A stretch of DNA of 64,000 bases from Truepera sp. (lineage in GTDB: Bacteria; Deinococcota; Deinococci; Deinococcales; Trueperaceae): contig CBDCKW010000009.1 of NCBI GenBank assembly GCA_965218435.1, positions 1,120,001 to 1,184,000 of the forward strand. The letters run 5' to 3'. Positions 41,173 through 50,823 of the stretch are shown one piece after another. Below the pieces are notes generated by a model. That model did no database searches, was not told the DNA's origin, and saw only the letters and a program-made list of their open reading frames with translations. Every line of letters starts with the position of its first letter. The stretch's first letter is position 1. A program made the position numbers and the translations under genes.

Positions 41173-42861
41173 ATGAAAAAAATGTATCTCGTGCTTGTGA
41201 CCGCCGCGGCGATAGGCGTGTCTTTGGTTTACGCTCAAAACGGCGAAAGCCTTTACAGACAGTGCGCGGCGTGTCACGGCACCCAGGGTGGCGGGGGCAG
41301 CGGTCCTGCCTTAGCGGGAGATCAACATCTCAAAAAAGCCCCTTACGTCATCAACCAGATTTTGCACGGTGGGGGTGGAATGCCTGCCTACGATTCGTTG
41401 TCGAACGCTGAAGTCGCGGCGGTGGCGAGCTATATCCGCTCGAGCTTCGGCAACAGCTACGGCAAGGTGAGCGCCAAACAGGTCGCCGCGCAGCGTGGTG
41501 GTGAGTCACAAGCTCAGCAAACCCAGCCTCAGAGCCAGTCGGCTACGCAAAAACAGGCAAGTTCAGCTCAGGACTCAGCACAAAAAACAGCACAAAAAAC
41601 GTCATCGCCCTTGGCTGCAACCAAAGCGGTTCAGCTCGAGGTTCCCAGCGAGATGGCGACGCCACCTTTTGACACCACGCGTACGCTCAACGTCCCCCAA
41701 GGCTTTAGCATTTCGGTTTACGCCCGCATTCCGAACGCCCGCTTTATGACGCTGACGCCTGAAGGCGACCTGCTCGTCTCGCAACCTGACCAGGGGAAAG
41801 TTTCGCGTGTGGTTGCAGGGAAGGGTGGAAACGCGACCGTCTCCGACTTTTTAACCGGACTGACCCGCCCTCATGATCTGGTCTTTCACCAGCTGAACGG
41901 TAAGACGTATCTGTTCGTCGCCGAAAGCGATCAGATTTCACGCTTTACCTATCAGAACGGTAACGCTACGAACGAGCAGGTGGTGGTCGCAGGCTTGCCC
42001 GACGCCGACCCGTACCGGCATCCGCTCAAATCTTTGGCGATTGACAGCAGCGGGACGCTCTACACGATGATCGCCTCGTCAACCAACGCCGGACCTGAAG
42101 ATTTAGCCGACGACCCCAAACGCGGCGCAATCTACACTTTTGACGCCAGCGCCACGGACGTAGACGCCACGGCGGGAGAACTGTTCGCTCAGGGACTGCG
42201 GAACGCTGAAGGGTTGGGGTTCGTGCCCGGTACCAACGAGCTGTGGGCTGTGATCAACGACCGCGACCAGATCGCCTACCCCTTTCACCGAGACTTTGAC
42301 GGCGACGGTTCGGACGATTACGGCAAGGTGCTCCAGAGCTACGTGGACAACCATCCGCCCGATGAGTTTACCCGGGTCGTTAAAGGCGGCAACTACGGCT
42401 GGCCTTTTTGTAATCCGTATCCCGATACTAAAAATAGCTACAACGACATACCCTTTAACCGCGATGTGGAGACCAATCCTAACGGGCAGCAACTCAACTG
42501 CAACCGAGCTGACCGGATCAACCGGGGGATTCAGGCGCATTCGGCCCCTCTAGGTCTGCTGTTTTTGCAACATACGGCGTTTCCGGGCGCGTATCAGGGC
42601 GCAGTGACGCCGCTGCACGGCTCGTGGAACCGCGACGTGCCGACCGGGTACAAGGTCGTTTACTTTCCCTGGCAAAACGGCGCACCAGGCGAGCAGCTTG
42701 ACCTCGTAACGGGTTGGCTGCCTGAGAACGCTCAAAACGGTGAGGCTTGGGGGCGTCCGGTAGATGCCGCTGTAGACGCGCAGGGCAACCTGTTTATCTC
42801 GGACGACTCGAGCGGCACCGTCTATAAGCTCAGTCCGGAAACCCAGAGCGCAAGCAACTAA
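41173..42861 (+). CDS. Secreted cytochrome c fused to a PQQ-dependent sugar/sorbosone dehydrogenase beta-propeller
   Basis: Signal peptide, CAACH, MP ligand, Q/S/A linker; GLRNAEG, NYGWP, HSAPLG, HGSWNR and GRPVD motifs; AAGGAG RBS. Confidence 0.88.
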   Translation: MKKMYLVLVTAAAIGVSLVYAQNGESLYRQCAACHGTQGGGGSGPALAGDQHLKKAPYVINQILHGGGGMPAYDSLSNAEVAAVASYIRSSFGNSYGKVSAKQVAAQRGGESQAQQTQPQSQSATQKQASSAQDSAQKTAQKTSSPLAATKAVQLEVPSEMATPPFDTTRTLNVPQGFSISVYARIPNARFMTLTPEGDLLVSQPDQGKVSRVVAGKGGNATVSDFLTGLTRPHDLVFHQLNGKTYLFVAESDQISRFTYQNGNATNEQVVVAGLPDADPYRHPLKSLAIDSSGTLYTMIASSTNAGPEDLADDPKRGAIYTFDASATDVDATAGELFAQGLRNAEGLGFVPGTNELWAVINDRDQIAYPFHRDFDGDGSDDYGKVLQSYVDNHPPDEFTRVVKGGNYGWPFCNPYPDTKNSYNDIPFNRDVETNPNGQQLNCNRADRINRGIQAHSAPLGLLFLQHTAFPGAYQGAVTPLHGSWNRDVPTGYKVVYFPWQNGAPGEQLDLVTGWLPENAQNGEAWGRPVDAAVDAQGNLFISDDSSGTVYKLSPETQSASN

Positions 42862-42878
42862 ACGCGTCCTAAACTTAT

Positions 42879-42907
42879 TTGGGGGCCAACGTTTAAGTTG
42901 GCCCCAA
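42879..42907. terminator. Stem-loop downstream of the cytochrome c/dehydrogenase gene
   Basis: GGGGCCAAC-N6-GTTGGCCCC. Confidence 0.6.
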
Positions 42908-43099
42908 GTATTTTCCAATATTTGGGCTGCACTACGTGTTGTTGTGAAGCTTTGTAAAGCTGGGTGCTAATAAGAACAGCCTCGAGTTGCGCCCTTTAGG
43001 TTCTCATACCGTCTAAAAAACTGTGAAACGTCCGGGAAGGTGCCGCTGACGTTGATGTACGATGACCTCGAGACTACTTGAGATTGTCAAGGAGGAGTT

Positions 43100-44044
43100 A
43101 TGGCGCTAGACGACATCTTGATCTTCGGCGGTTCAGGCAGCCCTAAACTCACCCGGCAGATCGCTCACTACTTGGGACTCGAGCCGGGTCTAGGCGAAGT
43201 CTTGCGGTTTTCTGAAGGGACGTTGTTCGTGCGGATTTTGGAGAACGTCCGGGGCCGCCACATCTACCTCGTGCAGTCTACGGCGTTTCCTGCCAACGAC
43301 AACTTTATGGAACTGCTCTTTTGGGTTGACGCGTTTCGGCGGGCGAGCGCCGAGTCGGTGACCGTCTTGATGCCCTACTTCAGCTACGCCAAAGGCGACA
43401 AAAAGGACGAACCGCGCGTCTCGATTCGTGCCCGCGTCTGCGCGGACGCCATTGAAGCAGCGGGAGCCGACCGCGTAGTCACGCTCGACCTGCACGCCCC
43501 GCAGATTCAGGGATTTTTCAAGCTTCCGGTAGACGACCTCTACGCGCTGCCGGTATTGGGTGAGGCGGTCCAAAAGTTGCAACTGCCCGACCTGGTGGTG
43601 GTTTCACCCGATGCCGGGTTCGTCAAAAAAGCGCGGCAGTACGCCTCACTCCTGGGCGCGTCGCTGGCCATTGGGGATAAAGAACGTAAAACTCACGATG
43701 AGAGTGCCGAAGTGCTCGAGCTTATCGGCAACGTCTCCGGTAAAACGGCGCTCCTCGTTGACGACGTGCTGCTTTCCGGCGGGACGCTCGTCGAGATGGC
43801 GGCCAAGCTGTTAGAGGCAGGCGCGCGCGAGGTCTACGCGGCGGTGACGCACGGCGCGATTTCTGAGCGGTCACTAGGGCGGCTGACTGACAGCCCCATC
43901 CGTAAGCTCTTCATCACCGACTCTATCGAAACGCAACCTGTGGCGTTACCCGAAATCGTCGAGGTCGTTTCGGTTGCCCCACTTTTTGGCGAGGCCATCC
44001 GGCGGATTCACGATAAAGAGAGTATCAGCGTGCTGTTTCAGTAG
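43100..44044 (+). CDS. prs: Ribose-phosphate pyrophosphokinase
   Basis: NDNFMEL, PYFSYA, DLHAPQIQGFF, SPDAG and DDVLLSGGT motifs; somewhat divergent, may be a second copy. Confidence 0.93.
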   Translation: MALDDILIFGGSGSPKLTRQIAHYLGLEPGLGEVLRFSEGTLFVRILENVRGRHIYLVQSTAFPANDNFMELLFWVDAFRRASAESVTVLMPYFSYAKGDKKDEPRVSIRARVCADAIEAAGADRVVTLDLHAPQIQGFFKLPVDDLYALPVLGEAVQKLQLPDLVVVSPDAGFVKKARQYASLLGASLAIGDKERKTHDESAEVLELIGNVSGKTALLVDDVLLSGGTLVEMAAKLLEAGAREVYAAVTHGAISERSLGRLTDSPIRKLFITDSIETQPVALPEIVEVVSVAPLFGEAIRRIHDKESISVLFQ

Positions 44045-44055
44045 GTTGGGAAGGT

Positions 44056-44137
44056 TTAGGTTCTAAACAGCACATCTTCACGCCGAAAACTGCGTAACGC
44101 AAACCAGAGCAGCAGCGCCGCGAGTAAGAGGCTCGAG
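44056..44137 (-). repeat. 82-bp direct repeat of the ABC permease 3' end (other copy 44968-45049)
   Basis: Encodes the identical SSLLLAALLLWFALRSFRREDVLFRT* with 5 silent differences; begins at CTCGAG. Confidence 0.95.
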
Positions 44138-44152
44138 CCCGTTGTGCTGGCG

Positions 44153-44644
44153 TTAAGCTCGAGTGGTCGCTCGTCGTTCCGGCTTGGGTGCTGCTTCGGG
44201 TGCTGCAAAACTAACTCTCAGCTCAGTACCTAAAACCTCCGCAACGCGGTTTAAGGTCTTAACCGAATGGCCCCAATAAAACGGATTGGTCAGCCTGCTT
44301 ACGACCGAACGAGAGGTGCCCAACCGCTTGGCAAGTTCGCTCGGTTTGACGCCGAGTTGCTCGAGTTCTGCTGCCAGCGTAAGTGAAACCGGGTTGAGTG
44401 GCGCAGGTTCGACGTAAACGACCATACTGCCCGCTTCATAGTTAGACAGGTCAATGTCCACGTCGTCTAGCGGAGCTGGTGGCGTTTCGTTACGTTCGGC
44501 GTAGCTGTGCAGCTCGAGCGCAAGTTGTTCAGCCATCAAGCGCCCTAGTTCAGCGCGGTTATTTGCAGTTGCCAGCGTTGCAAATTGAACCGCGCTAGCT
44601 GCTAGGTTAAGCCTAGCGGGTTCGATGACGAAGGGATATTTCAT
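44153..44644 (-). CDS. hicB: HicB-like antitoxin with C-terminal Xre HTH
   Basis: MKYPFVIE N-terminus; ELAKRLGTSRSVVSRL HTH; downstream of hicA. Confidence 0.75.
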   Translation of the reverse strand: MKYPFVIEPARLNLAASAVQFATLATANNRAELGRLMAEQLALELHSYAERNETPPAPLDDVDIDLSNYEAGSMVVYVEPAPLNPVSLTLAAELEQLGVKPSELAKRLGTSRSVVSRLTNPFYWGHSVKTLNRVAEVLGTELRVSFAAPEAAPKPERRATTRA

Positions 44645-44675
44645 CTTTTCCTTTCTGCTGTGGTGTCCTAAAACG

Positions 44676-44867
44676 TTATTTAAGGCCAGCTTCTTTGAGA
44701 ATCTTGTTTAGCGTCCCTTTAGGTACCTCATCTGAAAGCTTGCCTGCAATGGGGATGGGGCGTCTTGCCCCCGGCCTGGTGTACTGCCGATGACTCCCCG
44801 TCTGCCGAGTCTGTGCCCAACCGCTCGCCTCGAGCAGCTGCAGCTTGATAAGGTCTTTTACCTTCAT
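44676..44867 (-). CDS. hicA: HicA family mRNA interferase toxin
   Basis: MKVKDLIK..GW...RQTGSHRQY...GTLNKILKEAGL. Confidence 0.92.
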   Translation of the reverse strand: MKVKDLIKLQLLEASGWAQTRQTGSHRQYTRPGARRPIPIAGKLSDEVPKGTLNKILKEAGLK

Positions 44868-44893
44868 AGCGCATGGTAACAACGATACCACAT

Positions 44894-44911
44894 GTTAGCA
44901 AAATTGCTAAC
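44894..44911. promoter_or_regulatory. Palindromic operator upstream of hicA (probable HicB site)
   Basis: GTTAGCAA-aa-TTGCTAAC. Confidence 0.6.
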
Positions 44912-44967
44912 TGTTCGCCAATTGTCTGCCAATTGTCAGCTACCGAGTACGGACTGATATGTGTTCG

Positions 44968-46191
44968 CTAGGTTCTAAATAGCACATCTTCACGCCTAAA
45001 ACTCCGTAAGGCAAACCAGAGCAGCAGCGCCGCGAGTAAGAGGCTCGAGGCCCACGCCCACACTGCCAACTGCGGGTCGAAAGCTCCCTTTACGGTGTCG
45101 TTCATTAAGAGGAGTGTGCCGAACGCGGGAAGCGCGTAGACGACCGGACTCGAGCCGAAAAAGTCTGAAAACTGCAAACTCACGACCGGCAACACCAACA
45201 CAAGCGCGAGCGGTGCGACGTAGCTCTGCGCTTCTTTGAAAGAGCGGGCGAAAAGCGTGATGGCGATGAGCAGCGCCGCGACGAGCGCCGCTAACAGCAG
45301 GGCGCTCACCAGCAGGGCGAAAAGTTCACTCGGACGAACCCGCAACGTGCCGCCGAGACCTTGGGCGATGCCCCCCGCACTGCCACTTAACCGCCCCCCA
45401 AATGTGGCGCTTAAGAGCCATCCGCTTCCTAAGAACCCGACCAGCGCTACCGACGCCGCGCTCAGGCCGAACAGCAGGGTTGCTAGAAACTTCCCGACGA
45501 CGACTTCCGAGCGCCGCACCGGAGCTACAAGGAGCGCCTCAAGCGTGCCACGTTCTTTTTCCCCGGCTGTCGCGTCAATGGCCACCATCTGCCCGCCGGT
45601 CAGCGTCCAGATCATTACGAAAAAGGGAATTAACCAGCCGAGTGAGCCGCTCGCACGCTCCGCCGGGGTGCTTGCGTCGCGGGTCTCGAGCCGAATCGGA
45701 GTAAGGACTTCGGGAACCAATCCGGCCCGCTCAATCCGCTGCCGTACCAGCGACTTCTGAAAGGTTTCAACCGCTCCGGTGAGCTTTTCGTTCAAGAGTT
45801 CGTCGCGTAAGCCGCCGCTTTTACGGTAAAGCACGAGCGGCGCGGTGCCCTCGCGCAGGTTTACGGCAAAACCTTGCGGTACCCTAAAGGCACCTTTGAC
45901 CTCTTCTGTGCGCACGGCCGCTTCAGCGTCCTTGACAGAAATCAGCTCAATGTTTTTACGTTTTAAGGTCTGGACAAACGCTGGCGGCAAGCGTTCCAAC
46001 CCTTCAGCCCCGACCGTCGTACTCTGCAGCGCCTCGCGGCCGAACAGCCCGCCGAGGAGCAGCGGCAAACCGAGCATCACGAGCGGCAACACCACGAGTG
46101 GAATCAGCAAGTTGGCGAGCACGGCGCGGTGGTCTCTTAGGGTCGCTAAAACTTCGCGGTGCGCGACGGCCCAGACGAGTCCGGGCCTCAC
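44968..46191 (-). CDS. ABC transporter permease (NatB-like)
   Basis: DATAGEKERGTLEALL and ARSFKEAQSY motifs. Confidence 0.92.
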   Translation of the reverse strand: MRPGLVWAVAHREVLATLRDHRAVLANLLIPLVVLPLVMLGLPLLLGGLFGREALQSTTVGAEGLERLPPAFVQTLKRKNIELISVKDAEAAVRTEEVKGAFRVPQGFAVNLREGTAPLVLYRKSGGLRDELLNEKLTGAVETFQKSLVRQRIERAGLVPEVLTPIRLETRDASTPAERASGSLGWLIPFFVMIWTLTGGQMVAIDATAGEKERGTLEALLVAPVRRSEVVVGKFLATLLFGLSAASVALVGFLGSGWLLSATFGGRLSGSAGGIAQGLGGTLRVRPSELFALLVSALLLAALVAALLIAITLFARSFKEAQSYVAPLALVLVLPVVSLQFSDFFGSSPVVYALPAFGTLLLMNDTVKGAFDPQLAVWAWASSLLLAALLLWFALRSFRREDVLFRT

Positions 46192-46946
46192 AGCTTGGCC
46201 TTTGGTGTAACCGTATCCGAGCGGCTCAAACTGCGTTCGACGAGGGTAAAGAAGGCGGTCTCGAGCCCCCGCGCCCCAGTCTCCTGAACGAGCTGCGCGG
46301 GCGTCCCTTGCGCGATCAGCGTCCCCTCATAGAGGATAGCAACGCGGCCGCACAGTTCTTCAACTTCGCTCATCACGTGCGTCGAGTAGAGCACGGTGCG
46401 CCCCGTCGCCGCATAGGTTTTGACAAATTCCAACACGCTCCGCCGCGCCATCACATCTAAGCCGCTGGTCGCTTCGTCAAAAAAGATGATCTCCGGGTCG
46501 TGCAGCACTGCGCGGGCGATCACAATTTTTTGCTTCATGCCGGTGGAAAAGTCGCCCGCACGTTTGTCGAGTGTGCCTGCTAACTCGAGCAGCATATCGA
46601 GTTCGCCGATCCGTACGTCTGTTTGAGTCCGTGTCAGGCCGTAAAGCCGCCCGAAGTAGCGGAGGATTTCCCGTCCGCTCAGGCGGTCGTAAAGGCCCAT
46701 CCCACCACTGACGACCCCGATCCGCCGCCGCACCGCTTCGGGGTCTTTGAGCACATCGAAACCGCCGACCTCCGCGCACCCTTCGGTAGGGGAGAGCAGC
46801 GTCGCTAAAATACGCAGCGTCGTCGTTTTCCCCGCACCGTTCGGGCCGAGGAGCCCGAAAACTTCACCGGGAGAGACAGAGAACGACACGCCGCGGAGTA
46901 CGGTCGTCTCGTCAAAGGTTTTACCTAAAGCTTCGACCACAATCAT
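46188..46946 (-). CDS. ABC transporter ATP-binding protein (NatA-like)
   Basis: GPNGAGKTT, FSTGMKQK and FDEATSGLD motifs; TATGAT 6 nt before ATG 46946. Confidence 0.93.
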   Translation of the reverse strand: MIVVEALGKTFDETTVLRGVSFSVSPGEVFGLLGPNGAGKTTTLRILATLLSPTEGCAEVGGFDVLKDPEAVRRRIGVVSGGMGLYDRLSGREILRYFGRLYGLTRTQTDVRIGELDMLLELAGTLDKRAGDFSTGMKQKIVIARAVLHDPEIIFFDEATSGLDVMARRSVLEFVKTYAATGRTVLYSTHVMSEVEELCGRVAILYEGTLIAQGTPAQLVQETGARGLETAFFTLVERSLSRSDTVTPKAKL

Positions 46947-47045
46947 CTCTGCATCATAGGGCGCACCGGGCCGCCTGAAGTTACGCACTTTCACGTCTGC
47001 GGCACTTCCGCCGCAACCTTATGACGGCGCGTGTATCATAGGGCC

Positions 47046-47816
47046 GTGCCCGAGCATGAGTTTGCCGCCCTCGACAGCCTGCAGCTGCTTCCGCGTCTGC
47101 TGCACCGGGTGAGTGACCCCGATACGCGGTTGACGCTCCTGGGCCGCGACCTCGCCGCGCCGCTTTTGCCCCTTGCAGACTTGCCGAGTCCGGGGACAGA
47201 AACCCTCAGTTTGGTAGAAGCTGAGACCCTGCTTGCCCAAGACGGCGAGTTTCCGGCCGTTTTGCCCCTCTTAAAACCGGAAAAGATGGGCGTGCTGATG
47301 CCCAAACTTAAAAAGTTGGTAGCGCGTGGGGTGCCAGGATTAGTCCTCGACCTGAGCGCGTTCGCCGAGTCACCGCCGTACGGCGGGCTCGAGTGGCACC
47401 CGCGTACCCGTGAAGATTTGGCCGAACTCCGCGCCGCTGCCGGGGTTTCCTTGTGGCTCTACGGCGTGTGTAGCGTGCCTGACGCCGAAGTCGCCAGCGA
47501 AGCGGGACTCGAGGGTGTCGTGGTCAATACCGGAGCCGGAGTGTTTCTGGGCGCACCGGCAACAGCTGAGGTGTTCCCCGACATCTTAGACGCCGTAGCC
47601 GGAACGATTTCTGTATATGCGGGCGGGCCGATACGGAGCGGCATTGACGTGTTTCGCTACCTTGCCCTCGGAGCCGAAGCCGTCGTGGTAGATACCGACC
47701 GCTCGCCGCTTAACCTCCGCGCCGAACTCGCCTACGCGATGCGTTTAACCGGCTGTGCGACGCTCGCCGACATCTCGTACGAAGCGATCTTTGCGCCGCT
47801 TTTTAGTGAGCTTTAG
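47046..47816 (+). CDS. Degenerate FMN-dependent alpha-hydroxy acid dehydrogenase-like protein
   Basis: LLPRLL...TLLG..LAAP and GPIRSGIDVF..LALGAEAV are present; the catalytic SNHGGR is replaced. Confidence 0.7.
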   Translation: MPEHEFAALDSLQLLPRLLHRVSDPDTRLTLLGRDLAAPLLPLADLPSPGTETLSLVEAETLLAQDGEFPAVLPLLKPEKMGVLMPKLKKLVARGVPGLVLDLSAFAESPPYGGLEWHPRTREDLAELRAAAGVSLWLYGVCSVPDAEVASEAGLEGVVVNTGAGVFLGAPATAEVFPDILDAVAGTISVYAGGPIRSGIDVFRYLALGAEAVVVDTDRSPLNLRAELAYAMRLTGCATLADISYEAIFAPLFSEL

Positions 47817-48106
47817 CCGAGTGGTTCGATCTCTAAAAGGCGACCCTCGAGGTTCCCGACAATACACGCTTGTAACTGTTCGGTAACGGTCGGTTCGACG
47901 AAGTTACCAAATTTAGGCATCGGAAACTGCTGTGCGGTCTTAGCTGCTTGCTCGATTTGCGTTACACAAGCTGCGATAGCCTTTGCAATCTGCGCCTCGG
48001 AATAGGTCGACTTCCCCTCCGGGGTATACGTCTGCGCTGCCGCGACGCCACAAAAAAGCAAACTGCAGACAAAGCTGCCTAAAACAATTCTCGCCGTACG
48101 TTTCAT
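47813..48106 (-). CDS. Small secreted hypothetical protein
   Basis: Signal peptide ending AAA-Q; GAGAGGAG RBS; two Cys in the mature part. Confidence 0.65.
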   Translation of the reverse strand: MKRTARIVLGSFVCSLLFCGVAAAQTYTPEGKSTYSEAQIAKAIAACVTQIEQAAKTAQQFPMPKFGNFVEPTVTEQLQACIVGNLEGRLLEIEPLG

Positions 48107-48190
48107 CTTCGGCTCCTCTCCCGTATAAAGTTAAGGTGCCGAAATTATAGACGATGGCTGCCGGTCTTGGATTAGAAGAGTACCGACAAC

Positions 48191-49345
48191 TTAGGAACTC
48201 AAACCGCGTGACGCCCCCACCAACCGCGCAAAGCCTACGACGAGCCCGAGGGCCGCCGCCACGACGCCTAAAGCCCCCGCGAGCGTGATAAGTTCTGCCA
48301 GCAAGCCGATCACCGGTGGCCCCGCCAACCAACCCAGATAGCCGAGCGTCGCAACAGCGGCAATGCCCGTACCGGGCGCGACGCTGGGCGTTCGCCCAGC
48401 TGCGCTAAATAAAACCGGCACCAGATTAGCGAGTCCTAGGCCGACGCAGCCGAAGCCGACGATGGCGGCCAGTGGGTTGCCAAAAAGCAGAGAAAGCCCG
48501 AGCCCGACCCCGGCGACCGCCGCACCTAAACGCACTGTGGTGACCGGCCCGAGCCAGCCTACTAAGCGGTCGCCGCTCAAACGCCCGAGCGCCATCATCA
48601 AAGAGAATGCGGCGAAGCCTGCAGCGGCCAAGCCCGCGCCCGTACCTAAGACGTTGCGCAGATAGACGGCGCTCCAGTCGGCCATTGATCCTTCGCCGAC
48701 AAACACGACGAACGCTAAAAGACCCAACCCGAGTAGAGAACCCTTCGGTAAGACAAACGCGGGACCTTCGTCGGTTGTTTTAGCAGCGTCAGGGAGAAGT
48801 TTACTCAAAACTGACACCCCCAAAACGCCGAAGACGAGCGCCGCTACAACGACGTGCAGCGGTGGACTGACCCCACTCGCTAAAGCCAAGCCGCCAAGTC
48901 CGGCTCCGACTAGGCCGCCCAAACTAAAAAAGCCGTGAAACGAAGACATGATGGGCTTGCCGTACCGCTCTTCGGCAATCACAGCCTGCGTATTCATCGA
49001 AACGTCCATCGCGCCATTGCAAAGACCGAAAAAAACGAGCGCGGCGACGAGCAGCCCGAAGTTCGGGGCAAAGATGGGGAGCGGTAGCGCCACACAAAAC
49101 GCGACGGTCGAGACGCTTGTAAGGGCGCGGCTGCTAAAGCGGGCGATCAGCCAACCCGAAAGCGTCAGGGATAAAACCGCGCCGACCGCAACGCCCAAAA
49201 GGGCGAGCCCGAGCAGCCCGTCGGACAACCCCAGTTTGTCTTGAACGAGCGGGATATGCGGCACCCAACTGGCAATCGTTGCGCCGTTGACAAAAAAGAT
49301 AGTGAGGACGGCCAGCCGAGCGGCTCGAGGGGGCGCGTGACTCAC
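48191..49345 (-). CDS. MFS transporter
   Basis: About 12 TM helices; GAMDVSMN, MSSFHGFFSLG and EGSMADWS motifs. Confidence 0.92.
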   Translation of the reverse strand: MSHAPPRAARLAVLTIFFVNGATIASWVPHIPLVQDKLGLSDGLLGLALLGVAVGAVLSLTLSGWLIARFSSRALTSVSTVAFCVALPLPIFAPNFGLLVAALVFFGLCNGAMDVSMNTQAVIAEERYGKPIMSSFHGFFSLGGLVGAGLGGLALASGVSPPLHVVVAALVFGVLGVSVLSKLLPDAAKTTDEGPAFVLPKGSLLGLGLLAFVVFVGEGSMADWSAVYLRNVLGTGAGLAAAGFAAFSLMMALGRLSGDRLVGWLGPVTTVRLGAAVAGVGLGLSLLFGNPLAAIVGFGCVGLGLANLVPVLFSAAGRTPSVAPGTGIAAVATLGYLGWLAGPPVIGLLAELITLAGALGVVAAALGLVVGFARLVGASRGLSS

Positions 49346-49507
49346 AGGTTTACCGGTATTTCTTTGTAGATGAACATCTGCTACAGAATAACGCCTTATC
49401 TCGTATCCGGCTTCATAGCCGCTAAACCCTCGTTTTGCTCATGACGTGGCTGCTGAGGTTCATCAAGTTTATTGAGGAGAAAGCTACCTTAGGCTGTTCT
49501 TCTATGT

Positions 49508-49888
49508 CTAACGCTTAAGCCCCCGGAGCCGCGTCGCCGCCTCCGCCGCGCTGATGTCGCCGCGCTCGAGCAGCCCTAAAATGTCGGTGCGTTCCTCGCG
49601 GATTTCCTGGGTTTCAGGGGGCGACTCATAGCCGAGCGAACGGAGCATCCCGTCAAAGCGGCTGCGCACCGTCGGATACGACACGCCCAAAATCCGCTCG
49701 ACTTCTTTTAAGTTGCCGCGCACGCGCAGGAATAGCCGCATGAACTCGAGGTTTTCCGGGCTCAGCATGACGAATTCGTTGGGCGTAAAACGCCCTTCAA
49801 TCGCCACGCCGCTGGTGGGGCACTCGAGCCGGGTGACCTCTAACGGGTCGCCCGTGACCGGGCAACGGGTCGGCATCGGTAAACTCAC
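49508..49888 (-). CDS. DUF2089 family protein (Zn ribbon + HTH)
   Basis: CPVTG...RGNLKEVERILGVSYPTVR. Confidence 0.88.
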   Translation of the reverse strand: MSLPMPTRCPVTGDPLEVTRLECPTSGVAIEGRFTPNEFVMLSPENLEFMRLFLRVRGNLKEVERILGVSYPTVRSRFDGMLRSLGYESPPETQEIREERTDILGLLERGDISAAEAATRLRGLKR

Positions 49889-50823
49889 GCGTCACCTCTG
49901 ACTGTCACGTCACCCGCGGTCAGGCGCAGCTCGAGGCGGGCCTCACCCGCGCCTAGCGTGCCTTCAAAGTTTCCCCCGATAAAGCCGCCACTACGTGCAA
50001 AGTTCTTCGGCAGGCTCAGGTCGCCGCAGGTCGCGCTCCCCGAAACCGTCACCGAAGAGCCTGCCAAAAAGGTTACGTCAATGTCCCCCGAGGTCGCCCG
50101 CAAACGTTGGTCGCCCGTTCGGGGTCGCAGCTTCAGGGTAACGTCGCCAGCGGTCACTGTAAGGTCGAGGGTTTCGGCCTCTGAGAGCTCAAAATCGCCC
50201 CCGGTAAAGCTGCCTTTGACGGTTTTAACGCCCCGAACTTCGCCGTCACCCGCAGCGATGCGGAGGTCTAAGCCCACGTCGGCGGGAAGGCGCACATGAA
50301 CGTCTCCGGCAGCCTGATGAAGCTTTGTCAACCAGTTGCTCTCGCCTTTGGCCTGCGGTGGGGTACGGATGAGGTAGCCCCCTTCAGGGGTGCGCTCCAA
50401 GGTCGCCTTACCCGTAACCACCGGGCTGTTTAGCGACGCGTCGGCTTCGACCGAGAGGTCGCCGCAAAACCCGCTCAGCTTGACCCACTGCGTCTGCTGG
50501 GTTGTATCAGCAATTTTGGGACCGCGTGGGGGTTCGGGCGGGCCTGGCGGTAGGGCTGAGGTTGAAGGCGGCGGTTGTACCGGTTTTAGCTCGGTAAGTC
50601 CTAGCTCTTCGTCTGTCACATCCTGGCTCAGTGACGCGAGTTCCGTGAGTCCTAAAGGGTCATCGTTAGTAGATGAGTCAGTTGAAGCTTGTGGCGGTAT
50701 TGAGGGCGTCTCCTCTCTAACACTTTCTTCTCCTAGTGCAGCGAAAAGAATCTCGGCTTCGTCTTCGGTAATGCGGCCTGACTCGAGTAGGGCTTGGACA
50801 CGGGCTTGTTCGGCTTGGCTCAT
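49885..50823 (-). CDS. SHOCT-like N-terminus + DUF4097-like beta-strand repeat protein
   Basis: LLESGRITEDEAEIL; repeated xTxGDV motifs; AGGAG RBS at ATG 50823. Confidence 0.75.
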   Translation of the reverse strand: MSQAEQARVQALLESGRITEDEAEILFAALGEESVREETPSIPPQASTDSSTNDDPLGLTELASLSQDVTDEELGLTELKPVQPPPSTSALPPGPPEPPRGPKIADTTQQTQWVKLSGFCGDLSVEADASLNSPVVTGKATLERTPEGGYLIRTPPQAKGESNWLTKLHQAAGDVHVRLPADVGLDLRIAAGDGEVRGVKTVKGSFTGGDFELSEAETLDLTVTAGDVTLKLRPRTGDQRLRATSGDIDVTFLAGSSVTVSGSATCGDLSLPKNFARSGGFIGGNFEGTLGAGEARLELRLTAGDVTVRGDA

